DNA of 64,000 nucleotides from a virus (lineage: Duplodnaviria > Caudoviricetes), in IMG/VR virus record IMGVR_UViG_3300021255_005861, positions 32,001 to 96,000 of that record; one strand, written 5' to 3'. Within the stretch, counting starts at the first letter, position 1, and each line of letters opens with the position of its first letter. The notes beneath the pieces were generated by a model. That model made no database searches and was not told the origin of the DNA. It saw only the letters and a program-made list of their open reading frames with translations. Shown here one piece after another: positions 18,950 to 28,308 of this stretch. A program made the translations under genes and the position numbers.

Positions 18950-19549
18950 TTACTTGCCCCCCAAGGCATCATACGTCTTCTCGGAGATGGCGGCGTCCAC
19001 CATCCACGGCTCAAGCTCGTTGTCGTTGAGCATCGTCTTGCCGTCCGCGTCGAGCCTGAAATAATGGAAGTATCCGCCCGCCGGATCACACTCGGGGTTT
19101 GTGAGTTTCACGATGGTGGGGCGGGCAGCGAGTCTTTGCCGGTCCTCGTATGCGGCCTTCTTCGCCCTCCTCGCCTTCTCGCAGTACTCGTCGCGTTGGC
19201 ACCTGCCGAACGTTTCCGTACCGGGAGTGCAGGTGTCCGGGTTGTAGACGTGCTTCCCGTCCAGCATAGGGGTATTGCCTACCACGGCGTTGAGGCGGGA
19301 CATCGTGTCCGCGGAGAGCCATTTGCCAACCTTGTTCGAGGCACCCGAGCTGTCGCCGTTGCTTGTGAAAGGCTCCGGCATGTTGCATCCGTACACGGCC
19401 ACTACGTCCATCGTTCCCCGCTTGAGCCAGTCACGGAAGCTGCCCGTACCCTTCTCCACGGACTTGTACCCGAAGGCGCCGAGACGCTTCAGTTCCATGT
19501 ATTCCTCGGGCGTGCAGGTTACAAGTTGCCCGTCAATCATTATTTCCAT
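18950..19549 (-). CDS. hypothetical protein
   Basis: 199 aa. Confidence 0.65.
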   Translation of the reverse strand: MEIMIDGQLVTCTPEEYMELKRLGAFGYKSVEKGTGSFRDWLKRGTMDVVAVYGCNMPEPFTSNGDSSGASNKVGKWLSADTMSRLNAVVGNTPMLDGKHVYNPDTCTPGTETFGRCQRDEYCEKARRAKKAAYEDRQRLAARPTIVKLTNPECDPAGGYFHYFRLDADGKTMLNDNELEPWMVDAAISEKTYDALGGK

Positions 19550-19763
19550 TTTCGTGTTCCTTTGCCATCTCTATGACGACGTTCATGCCGGTTTTTAGCG
19601 ATTCCACAAAATAAGGGATGAGCAAGTCCCCCAGTTCGTCCACGTCCTTCTGCTTGAGCACCGCTCCCCTTATCATGCAGAAGTTGCGCAGGCGGTATAC
19701 CAGCTCGTTGAGCGGGTCGTCCAGGCGGGACAGGGCATCGGTTGCGCGTTCCTCTAGGTCCAT
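19533..19763 (-). CDS. hypothetical protein
   Basis: 76 aa. Confidence 0.6.
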   Translation of the reverse strand: MDLEERATDALSRLDDPLNELVYRLRNFCMIRGAVLKQKDVDELGDLLIPYFVESLKTGMNVVIEMAKEHENGNND

Positions 19764-19766
19764 GCG

Positions 19767-20777
19767 TTATATCCTCAAGTTGTTCAGCAGTAGCGTAAGT
19801 CCGATATAGAGTTCCCGCAATTCCCGGTTTGCATGCAAGGTAGTAATGTGGGAGACGGACGTGTCCACTTCGTACGCCCCGTGGTCGTATGTCGTTCCTA
19901 TGCGGTCCTCTCCGTCAGGTACGGCCACGGAGTCGGAGCCCAGCGTCACGGCATAGTTGTCGGGGATACTGGCGAGGAAGGCCTTGAGGTCGCCCACGGT
20001 GCGGATCTCGGGGGATGCTTCGGTAGGAGGGTTGCGTAGGGCATCTACCTTCTGCTTCAGGCTTTCCAGAGTTTCCCCGAACTTTGTTGGGTCATCAAGC
20101 CCTATGGAGGCGATGTTCTTGTAGTCGGAGTCCTCTGCCCGTAATACCATGTTGTTTTCGTCATTCTCACGTACGATGAAGTCCAATCGGTATTTTATTC
20201 CGGGCTCGCTGGAGAAATATGCTTCCACCCATTTGGGGCGTTCTTCCTCGTAGTTGATATAGTCCTTATCAAAAGCGATTATCGTAACTGTAGCCACTGG
20301 GAAATAGGTTGCAAAGAACTTTTCGATTAGCCTATGGACCTCGAGACCATCATAGCAATCCATAAGGTCCGAAGAATCATCAATTCCGTGCTTGATGTGG
20401 TAATAGATGGCCTTGCAGATTTCCGGTTCCTTCTCGCACTTATCGAACTCCTCCTGCACCGCCTGCTCCAAAATAGCGTAGTCCTCGGGCGGGAGGGGCT
20501 TTTGGGAGGCTACGAACCTGTCGGCGAAGTTATGCAGGATGGTTACGTGCTTCTGCTCGGGGGTCGTTCTTCTCGTTATCACGGGGTCTATGACCGCACC
20601 AGTCGGTTCCTCTACGTAGATATAGTCCACGTCGGCGTGAGTTTCCATATCCCTGCGTGGAATCTTGCCGAGGTCGAGCACCCCGCATATCTCAAGTGCG
20701 GCCTGGATGTTCTCCGCCTGCACCATGTTCAAGTGGCGTCCCGTGTGGTCGGACGTGCCTATTACGTAGTTGCGCAT
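19767..20777 (-). CDS. hypothetical multi-domain protein
   Basis: 336 aa, GGAG RBS, first gene of the leftward arm. Confidence 0.7.
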   Translation of the reverse strand: MRNYVIGTSDHTGRHLNMVQAENIQAALEICGVLDLGKIPRRDMETHADVDYIYVEEPTGAVIDPVITRRTTPEQKHVTILHNFADRFVASQKPLPPEDYAILEQAVQEEFDKCEKEPEICKAIYYHIKHGIDDSSDLMDCYDGLEVHRLIEKFFATYFPVATVTIIAFDKDYINYEEERPKWVEAYFSSEPGIKYRLDFIVRENDENNMVLRAEDSDYKNIASIGLDDPTKFGETLESLKQKVDALRNPPTEASPEIRTVGDLKAFLASIPDNYAVTLGSDSVAVPDGEDRIGTTYDHGAYEVDTSVSHITTLHANRELRELYIGLTLLLNNLRI

Positions 20778-20803
20778 TGGTTGCTCCTGTAGTTTGGAAT
20801 TTC

Positions 20804-20870
20804 AATATAGCAGGCGGGCAAAATGTAACGGAAAATTTACAATTACGGAGTATGCCAAATAAGTTATATT
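20804..20870. promoter_or_regulatory. divergent promoter region with palindrome
   Basis: TATATT on both strands flanking TGTAA-N8-TTACA (20824-20841). Confidence 0.5.
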
Positions 20871-20890
20871 TAGGGAAAAAGGAATTTTCT

Positions 20891-21256
20891 ATGAAGATTA
20901 CAGTACGCGAAAACCGCAAGTCCGAGTCTTGGGGCGAGATCGCCGACCTGCTCCGCGGCAGGGGCTACACGCCCGACGACGAATCGAAGATACTGTGCGC
21001 CTACCTTTCACTCAAGACCGGGATAGACACGCCCGACGAGGTAACCGTCATCGCCAGGTACTACGAGGACGGGGCGGAGCTCGCTACCGAGGTAGTGGCC
21101 GGGTCATACGACACTAGCGATAGCGCCCTGTACAGCACGTTCATCGCCAGCGAGGAGCGGGGCGTGGACGCGAAGCAGGCGCAGCAGTGCCTGAGAAACG
21201 CGGAGAAGGCCGCCGGTTTGTACGTCCGTGCACTGCAGGAGATCAAGAATGGCTAG
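20891..21256 (+). CDS. tagged protein (MKITVRE)
   Basis: Start reassigned; N-terminal tag followed by NRKSE. Confidence 0.75.
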   Translation: MKITVRENRKSESWGEIADLLRGRGYTPDDESKILCAYLSLKTGIDTPDEVTVIARYYEDGAELATEVVAGSYDTSDSALYSTFIASEERGVDAKQAQQCLRNAEKAAGLYVRALQEIKNG

Positions 21257-21809
21257 AGAATTTACATCCCTGGACGACATCAAGTCCGCTATAGAGAAGA
21301 TGGGCTTCAAGATCGGCGACGTATGGTACGACGGGAACAAATCCCGTCCCGTGTTTGTCTGCTCCCGCGAGGGACTGCCGCATGACATCGAGGTGTGGGC
21401 GGAGTCCCCCAAGTACGTCAACGGCGTCACCATCAAGGACGTGTCAGCCCGTGACTTCGACATGGTGGACGGCGGAGAGGACGCAGTAGGTTTGAAAAAG
21501 GCAATCAGAAAGGCGCTCGCGTACATGGGCGCAAAGGAAAGCAATATGCAATGCTCTATGCTGAAGAAGAAGGAATCCCTCGCCCGCAAGAATGAGGGGT
21601 TGAACAAGGATGACAAGGAAACCCTGTCCGTGCTGGCGCTCCGCGATGGGGTCCTGGACAAGGTATGGAAGGTCCTGGACGAAGCGGCGGACAAGGCCGC
21701 CACGGAACTCGCCAACGCGAGCGACGTGGAATGGGAAGACGCCTATGTTGCGGCGGCAAAGATGCTGCTCGGGGCTGTACAGAAGGACGGCGCTCGCCGT
21801 CTTCGCTAA
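21249..21809 (+). CDS. hypothetical protein
   Basis: MAREFTS...; contains an ES..RKNE linker. Confidence 0.7.
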   Translation: MAREFTSLDDIKSAIEKMGFKIGDVWYDGNKSRPVFVCSREGLPHDIEVWAESPKYVNGVTIKDVSARDFDMVDGGEDAVGLKKAIRKALAYMGAKESNMQCSMLKKKESLARKNEGLNKDDKETLSVLALRDGVLDKVWKVLDEAADKAATELANASDVEWEDAYVAAAKMLLGAVQKDGARRLR

Positions 21810-21820
21810 CGGGGGACAAT

Positions 21821-22801
21821 ATGAAGATTACCGTCAAGGAAGCCAAGATATACACGGCTGACGACTTCAAGGCCGCCGCCGAGGAGGAGCGCTTCAAGAA
21901 TCGCGCCGAGATATGGGCGGACCAGTTTAACGCCCATGCCGAGTACATCGGCCTGAAGGACCGCGCCCACGTCGAGAAGGACATCCACGGGTGTGACAGC
22001 GTCGTGTGGGACTACGGCTACATCGTGGCGAAGGACCCGTTCGGCGACAAGTGGCAGGTCCGCTTCGGCGACAACGCGTACACGATGGCGAATACCAAGG
22101 TTACACCCTACGTGTACAGGCAGATGGACTCCATGACCGGGTTCAAGGGCGAGTCCCGCAAGTCGGAGCGCGTGGACTTCGGTGCACGCACTATCTCCAT
22201 CCCCATTGGCACGTTCCATTCCTACGACCTCGCCCAAGATGTAGCGAACCGGATCACCTCCGCCTGCGATTACATCGAGGCGGACGCCCGCCAGCAGGGA
22301 CATCGCACGGACGAGTGGGTAACCGTGCTGACATTTGAGCCCAAGTACTTCCGTGACTTCAAGTCCTACTACACCGAGAACTACGACTCCTACTGCTATA
22401 TGGTCACGTCCACGATGGACGACTTCATCCGCCCGGATGAACTGGAAGTCCGCGCGTACAAGAGTGAGTCTCGCAAGAACGAGGCGTCCGACAGCATCCG
22501 CGTCTATGACGAGGACTTGATGGTTGAACTGACCTCCGTGGAACGCTACGACGACCGCTTTACCGATGTCCCCGTCGTGGGCGACAAGTTCGACCTGTTG
22601 GAGTTCCGCGACCTCGTAGAAGGCCTCGCAGAGACCAGCAACGGCTATCCGGACATCTCCCGTGACGGCAGCGAACTCCGCGTGGCCATCGAGGTCGCGC
22701 AGGGCGACGGCGACGAGTACCGCGAGGAACTCGTGCTCCGTGGAACGGTGCGCGTCATGCACGCCGCGCTGGAACAGGTTGTCGAGTACCTCGAAGGTTA
22801 A
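21821..22801 (+). CDS. tagged three-module protein (MKITVKE)
   Basis: ESRKSE and ESRKNE linkers. Confidence 0.8.
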   Translation: MKITVKEAKIYTADDFKAAAEEERFKNRAEIWADQFNAHAEYIGLKDRAHVEKDIHGCDSVVWDYGYIVAKDPFGDKWQVRFGDNAYTMANTKVTPYVYRQMDSMTGFKGESRKSERVDFGARTISIPIGTFHSYDLAQDVANRITSACDYIEADARQQGHRTDEWVTVLTFEPKYFRDFKSYYTENYDSYCYMVTSTMDDFIRPDELEVRAYKSESRKNEASDSIRVYDEDLMVELTSVERYDDRFTDVPVVGDKFDLLEFRDLVEGLAETSNGYPDISRDGSELRVAIEVAQGDGDEYREELVLRGTVRVMHAALEQVVEYLEG

Positions 22802-22828
22802 TTGTTCCTATCACTCAAATGATGAGTC

Positions 22829-22858
22829 CTCTCCCCCTGCACTGGGGGAGAGTTTTTC
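22829..22858 (+). terminator. rho-independent terminator
   Basis: CTCTCCCCC-loop-GGGGGAGAG followed by a T tract. Confidence 0.75.
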
Positions 22859-22906
22859 TTATATCTTTCTTACATTTGTGCTTTCCCACGGAATATTGGT
22901 TATATT
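22857..22906 (+). promoter_or_regulatory. CTTACA-N26-TATATT promoter
   Basis: Same motif and spacing, plus strand. Confidence 0.7.
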
Positions 22907-22939
22907 TGTGGCATCAACTAAAAACTAGAGGATAGCACA

Positions 22940-23092
22940 ATGAACAAGATTTGCCTGAACTGCCGTAACTGCGGGCGTGTAGAAACCCGCCAGGGATGGG
23001 GCGGGGACGAGTGGTGGCACGTGTGCAGGGCCGATTCGTCCGAGCGCCGCACCGTAGCGACCTGCGAGAAGTGGGTAGCGAAGGAGGTCTAG
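22940..23092 (+). CDS. small Cys-rich protein (50 aa)
   Basis: MNKICLNCRNC..., GAGG RBS. Confidence 0.55.
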   Translation: MNKICLNCRNCGRVETRQGWGGDEWWHVCRADSSERRTVATCEKWVAKEV

Positions 23093-23094
23093 CG

Positions 23095-23454
23095 ATGGAA
23101 TATACGAGCATCAAGTCCATGAGGGAGGCGATGGCCGCCCAGATCGTGGCGAAGCCGGAGAAGACCATCCGGGCGCTCATCACTATCTACAACGCGCAGA
23201 CCGCGGACGAGAAGTCCTCCCGTGCCGTGAACACGCACAACGGGGTGGGATTCACGCCCACCGACGCGGGCATCCTCTCGGGGATAGCCCGTCACGTCCT
23301 CGCCGGGAGGAAGGTGACCGATAAGCAGATGGACGCGGTTCGCTCCCGTATCGCCAAGTACGCGGGGCAGCTCGTTCGGCAGTCCCTTGCCCGCGGGCTT
23401 ATCCGCAAGGTAGGGAAGGTGTATTTGTACGGAAGGGCACTGGAGGGCGTATGA
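23095..23454 (+). CDS. conserved phage protein
   Basis: IYNAQTADE...HNGVGF..DA..LS...KYAGQL. Confidence 0.75.
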   Translation: MEYTSIKSMREAMAAQIVAKPEKTIRALITIYNAQTADEKSSRAVNTHNGVGFTPTDAGILSGIARHVLAGRKVTDKQMDAVRSRIAKYAGQLVRQSLARGLIRKVGKVYLYGRALEGV

Positions 23455-23714
23455 AAATCAGGCCAGCAGGTTCGTTCTTTTCCATAGATGAGGCTATGCG
23501 CCGTGTCCGCGAGGTGCACACCCGCCAGGAACTGGAGGGCGTGCTCCGCGACTGGAACGGGGACGTCTTCGACCTCTCTACGCTCCAGTTCCGTTATTAC
23601 TGCGAGGATAGGCGCATCGGATGGCATACGTATCTGCTCACGGCGGATTACGCCAACTGGCAGTACAAACAGCAGGCGGTGGCGTTCGCCGACTTGCCCC
23701 TGGAGGAACTATGA
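23451..23714 (+). CDS. hypothetical protein, paralog of 10060-10620
   Basis: Clear identity over ~85 aa. Confidence 0.75.
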   Translation: MKIRPAGSFFSIDEAMRRVREVHTRQELEGVLRDWNGDVFDLSTLQFRYYCEDRRIGWHTYLLTADYANWQYKQQAVAFADLPLEEL

Positions 23715-23923
23715 TGCATCAGGAATTTGCGAAGGCCGTGATGGCCGAATGGAACCTTGAGTCGGGGCAGATGGCGCAGTCGTGCTACTGCCAGTGGTAC
23801 CACTACACCGCCAAGATAGACGGCAGACGCCACATTATCGGTGAGTACACCCTGCGGGACGGGCGTGCCGTGTTCATCGTGTACCATCGGAACGGGTCCG
23901 AGAACGTCTACGACGTTGGATAA
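23711..23923 (+). CDS. hypothetical protein
   Basis: MMHQEF..., GGAGG RBS. Confidence 0.55.
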   Translation: MMHQEFAKAVMAEWNLESGQMAQSCYCQWYHYTAKIDGRRHIIGEYTLRDGRAVFIVYHRNGSENVYDVG

Positions 23924-24781
23924 CCGATGTTCTCAGAAACGGCGTGTCGGTGCGGGAGGCGTGGCGTGCCCCGTTCCTACGGGCGAGTAGGGGGATACGT
24001 GCCTAAATTTCTTTGATTTCGCCACCTGCCCGGTTTGCCAATGTTCTCAAAAACTATGCATTTTGCCCCATTGCTATATTGAACCTTGGCGGGAACGGAC
24101 AAATCAACCTCCGTTTCAACAAGCGAAAATAACCACGTTCCCGCCACAAGTCTACGGCACGCGGATAAACCGAAATCCCTGTAAACATGCGGTCCGCGTG
24201 CCAACAGGGATTTCCCGGAGCGGTTTTCAGTTCATCCCCACTCCGGGACTAGCGCAGGGCCTCCTCCTGTTGGGCCCAGTTGTCGCCAGCCGTGGGCGGG
24301 CGCGCGTCACGGCAGTCGTTCCCGGCGACTATAACCTCGGGAGACATTGCGCGGGGGCGGTGCATGCATCGTTTGCTACCTCTTGTATGTGTGTCCTCAA
24401 CGACCTCCCCCGCGCACCCCTTATGGGCGCCCCCGCGGCACATCTTGCCGAAACACCTATAACACGAGCGGTGGCGCCCGCCCCATTGGGGGGGTGGAAC
24501 GCATCCCAGGTCTGACCAGGACTATTTTTGTTCATTGCGTTCCGCCACCTCTTGATTTTCATACATATCCCATTAAAGCCACCTGAAATCGGGTGGCCTT
24601 TCCTGCGTTTTGGGGAGAAACTTACAAAAAACATATTTTTTTCTTACTTTTTTCTAAAAATGTTGTTATATTAGGTGTCAATGGGAAGGCAATTCCGCCT
24701 TACGTGCATCGAAATACCCTTGTAGGAGAGCGGGTGGTCCGCTTACCAAGTGCACAATACCCTATCAAGGAGAGCATAACT

Positions 24782-25240
24782 ATGCTTAAACCGCGATTCA
24801 AGAAGATCCGTGAGAATGACGGCGTGGTGGAAGTGGACGGCGTGAAGCTGGACGCGGAATCCGCTGAAGTCGTTTTCGCTGACAAGGACAAGGACATCCA
24901 GGTCGTTGTTTCCAACGACCCGGAAAACGACAACACCGCCGTCGTGGCCGTGCTGACCAACTCCAAGGAAGAGGTCGAGGACGAACAGGTTCTCGGTTCC
25001 GCATCCGTGGAAACGGAAGGCGAAGGCGAAGGCGACAAGGAAGAGAAGTGCAAGGAAGCACGCCGCGAGGCGTTCCGCAAGCGCCTCGAAGCCCGTCGCG
25101 CAGCCCGCAAGACCGACGAGCGCCGTGAAGCGTTCCGCAAGCGCCTCGAAGCCCGCAAGGCCGCGAAGCAGACCGAATCCAAGGCCAAGGCCATCGAAGA
25201 GGCCCGCGCCAAGTTCCGTTCCAAAATCAAAAAGGCTTAA
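24782..25240 (+). CDS. putative capsid scaffold/prohead core protein
   Basis: Directly upstream of the MCP; acidic N-half, basic helical C-half with RREAFRKRLEAR twice (60-bp period). Confidence 0.6.
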   Translation: MLKPRFKKIRENDGVVEVDGVKLDAESAEVVFADKDKDIQVVVSNDPENDNTAVVAVLTNSKEEVEDEQVLGSASVETEGEGEGDKEEKCKEARREAFRKRLEARRAARKTDERREAFRKRLEARKAAKQTESKAKAIEEARAKFRSKIKKA

Positions 25241-25257
25241 TCCGGAGGACTCACACA

Positions 25258-26898
25258 ATGAATACTTCCATGGAAAAATACACTAACGAGAAGTACGACC
25301 GCCAGGTCGAAGCCTACGAAGCCCGCTACGGCAAGCGTTTCGAGGCCCTCGCCAAGTCGAACTCTTTCAAGGGTCGTCTCTCCAAGAACGACATCTACAA
25401 CCTCGGCGCTCAGTTCGATACGTTCAAGCGCTACGAGAACTACGTCGCTGAAAACGGTGGCTCCGCCTCCGCTCTCGGCGCTCTCCCGCGTGTCGCCCTC
25501 GACGTGATCAGCGCTTCCTACGCGCTGTCCATCGCCCCGCAGCTCGCCTCCATCCAGACCCTCAACGACGCCCAGGGCATCATCTACTTCAAGAAGGTGT
25601 TCACCCACGGCTACCCGCTGACGGCTGTGGACGGCCTGCCGGCACTCCCGGAAGACCGCTGGATGGACGCCGACGGCAACGTCGCCGGCCAGCAGACCTT
25701 CAACGGCGCGTGGAAGAAGTGGCTTGACGCCCAGGCTCGCCCGAGCTCCGGCGCATCTGACACCCTTACCCCGACCACCATCAATGCCAAGAACTTCGAC
25801 GCCATCACGATGAACGCCTTCAAGGGCTGGCAGTCCTCCCCGACCGCCTATATCAGCGAGCGCCAGTTCGCCGCCATCACCACCACGACCACGACCATCA
25901 AGAACGCCATCGGCGCCCTCCGCTGGAATGTCCCGATGAACGTCCGCCTCGTTGACGGCAACGGCAACGTGACCGACGTGGTCGGCGTGTGCGCAGGCCC
26001 CGGCCAGCTCCCGACCTTCTACGGCTCCGTGTCCGTGACCGCCTCTCAGAGCAGCGGTGACCTCGTCATCACTACTCCGGCTGGCTACACCGGCATCATG
26101 AGCTACGACGTGGACTTCGAGAAGGCCCCGGACGTCCCGGCTGTCGAGTTCGGCCTGGACAGCAAGATCGTTTCCGCCGAAATCATCGGCGTGAAGGAAC
26201 TGCTCGGCACCTTCAAGTCCTTCCAGTTCAACAAGCGCTTCGGCAAGGCCGCCTCGGACGAAGTCCTGGCTGACCTCTCCGGCCACATGGCTATGGCAGA
26301 AAGCGAAAAGGTCCTCGCGGCCCTCAGCTCTTCCGCCTCCAAGTGGAAGCCGGTGACCTGGGGCATGAACAAGTCCGGTGCGATTTCGGAATTCGAACAT
26401 CGCCAGAGCCTGCTCTACGCCATCCAGGAAGCGAGCGCCGCCATCGCCGCCCGCGCTGGCAAGGGCTACGCCAACAAGCTGGTCTGCGGCTACGTGTCCG
26501 CCCAGTACGTTGCCTCCCTTCCGGGCTTCCGTCCGGCACCGAAGACCAACCTCGTCGGTCCTCACGTGTTCGGTACGCTCGAGAATGAAGGCATTACCGT
26601 TATCCGCTCCAACACCATCGTCGCCCCGAACGAGATCATCTGCGCCTACAGCGCCGACAACAGCCCGTTCGAAGCCCCGGTCGTGTGCGCTACCTACATG
26701 CCCGTGTTCGTCACGAACACCATGCCGGTCGCCGAGAACCCGTTCCAGTCCCAGCAAGCTATCGCCTCCTGGAAGGCCATCACGCCGATCGTGGACGAGT
26801 TCGTGCAGCGCATCGTCCTCGTGAAGAACGAGACGGAAGCCGACGTGAACGTGTTCCTCACCGGTACACCGCACGCTGGCAGCGGTTCCAACGGCTAA
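25258..26898 (+). CDS. major capsid protein (T4 gp23-like)
   Basis: 546 aa, strong codon bias; IQTL....GIIY, G.ANKLVC, PHVFGTL, APVVCATYMPV resemble gp23-type MCPs. Confidence 0.85.
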   Translation: MNTSMEKYTNEKYDRQVEAYEARYGKRFEALAKSNSFKGRLSKNDIYNLGAQFDTFKRYENYVAENGGSASALGALPRVALDVISASYALSIAPQLASIQTLNDAQGIIYFKKVFTHGYPLTAVDGLPALPEDRWMDADGNVAGQQTFNGAWKKWLDAQARPSSGASDTLTPTTINAKNFDAITMNAFKGWQSSPTAYISERQFAAITTTTTTIKNAIGALRWNVPMNVRLVDGNGNVTDVVGVCAGPGQLPTFYGSVSVTASQSSGDLVITTPAGYTGIMSYDVDFEKAPDVPAVEFGLDSKIVSAEIIGVKELLGTFKSFQFNKRFGKAASDEVLADLSGHMAMAESEKVLAALSSSASKWKPVTWGMNKSGAISEFEHRQSLLYAIQEASAAIAARAGKGYANKLVCGYVSAQYVASLPGFRPAPKTNLVGPHVFGTLENEGITVIRSNTIVAPNEIICAYSADNSPFEAPVVCATYMPVFVTNTMPVAENPFQSQQAIASWKAITPIVDEFVQRIVLVKNETEADVNVFLTGTPHAGSGSNG

Positions 26899-26921
26899 GA
26901 ACTCCTAATCCAGGGTTAAGA

Positions 26922-26957
26922 CAGTCCCCCCGCCTCGGCGAGGGGCTGTTTTTTTTG
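26922..26957 (+). terminator. rho-independent terminator
   Basis: CAGTCCC..GGGGCTG stem plus T9 after the MCP. Confidence 0.8.
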
Positions 26958-27264
26958 CTTTACAAAATGCGGGCGGCGGGCGATAACATATTTGTGTGGG
27001 GGCGAACCCGGCGGCCCGCAAGTGCCGGGACAACATACTGCAAGGATAGAATCATGAGTTATGATGCACGTGCCGCCGAGTACGTCCTGCGGCTTCTCTT
27101 CAAGGGGGCGAAGGACGCCGAGGCGTTCCGCAAGAGGACGCAGGGCTAGCACCCCTGCTTTTTTCTTATTTTTTTTTCTTTTCCCGTGTAACATTTACTT
27201 TGACTTTTATTATATTTCTAGTAACGATTTTATATGGGACATCTTGTTCCCGAAGGAATACCAT

Positions 27265-27765
27265 ATGGCAATCAAGATCCACGTCAACGAATCTACCAAC
27301 AACGGCCTCGTGAAGGCCCTTTCCGAAGGCCTGGAACGCCTTGTGGGCAAGCTCCAAGAAGAATTTCCGCTTCTCGACGACCACGGCCAAGAATACGGCG
27401 TCGCCATCAGCGGTAGCGACCCGAAGGTAAACCCCGTGACGTCGTCCCGCTGGTACGACGCGGACAAGGCCGATGTCGTGGAGGTGGTGTCCGACGTGTT
27501 CGCCCGCAACATGGGCGGCGATGTCCTTGATTCCAACGTGACGTACAACGTGCGCTTCGAGACTGCCGGCGGGGACGAGTTCTTCGCCCGCGTCAAGGTG
27601 TTTACTGACGCAGGAGACGAGGACATCCTCGGGCTCGACCGTATCCGCTTCGACGGCGACGTGGATTACGCCGTGGACGTAATAAGCAAGCGCATCGTAG
27701 AGGACCTGGACGAGCGCATCCCGGACAATTCCGCAATCCGCGATTACACCGGCAGGAAGAAATGA
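27265..27765 (+). CDS. tagged acidic protein (MAIKIHVNE)
   Basis: Start reassigned, AAGGA RBS. Confidence 0.75.
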   Translation: MAIKIHVNESTNNGLVKALSEGLERLVGKLQEEFPLLDDHGQEYGVAISGSDPKVNPVTSSRWYDADKADVVEVVSDVFARNMGGDVLDSNVTYNVRFETAGGDEFFARVKVFTDAGDEDILGLDRIRFDGDVDYAVDVISKRIVEDLDERIPDNSAIRDYTGRKK

Positions 27766-28292
27766 TTATCCATGTAAGAGAGCACAGGAACGAGTCCGCC
27801 GGCGACAGTCTGGCGGAAGCCCTGAAGAAGGCGCTCCCCAAGGTGGAGTCCGAGGTCGCCTCCCGCATCAAGCCCGTCGCGGGCAACGGCGACTGGTGGT
27901 TGAACTGCGAGGTGTCCGGCACGCTGGACGAGCGTGTCACCGAAACCGACGACCCCGAGTACTACGACCTCGACTTGTACGAGCCCGAGGACGGCGAGAG
28001 CAAGGTGGTCGCACCCGAGTTGCGCTACTACCTCTCTGTGTACCCCGGATACTACGACGACGATGGCAAGTACAAGGGCGACTGGAACCTGGACACGGTA
28101 GAGTTCCTGGTGGACATCGAGGTATGCCCCGCAGGCGAGGACTTCCACGTGGAGGTCAAGTACTGGAAGGGCGACAGCCCGATGCGGAAGATCTTCTCCC
28201 TTTCGTTCAACCCGTCCGACGTGGACTACGGGGTGGAACGCATTATTGAAGCCATCTTGGACGAATTGACTGGAATGGGTCTTTCCGACTAG
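27762..28292 (+). CDS. tagged acidic protein (MIIHVRE)
   Basis: 176 aa. Confidence 0.8.
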   Translation: MIIHVREHRNESAGDSLAEALKKALPKVESEVASRIKPVAGNGDWWLNCEVSGTLDERVTETDDPEYYDLDLYEPEDGESKVVAPELRYYLSVYPGYYDDDGKYKGDWNLDTVEFLVDIEVCPAGEDFHVEVKYWKGDSPMRKIFSLSFNPSDVDYGVERIIEAILDELTGMGLSD

Positions 28293-28308
28293 ACAAGGAA
28301 ACATTATT

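Noticed and set aside
27054-27149. 31-aa ORF containing EAFRKR like the scaffold repeat
   Set aside because: Too short to distinguish from chance.
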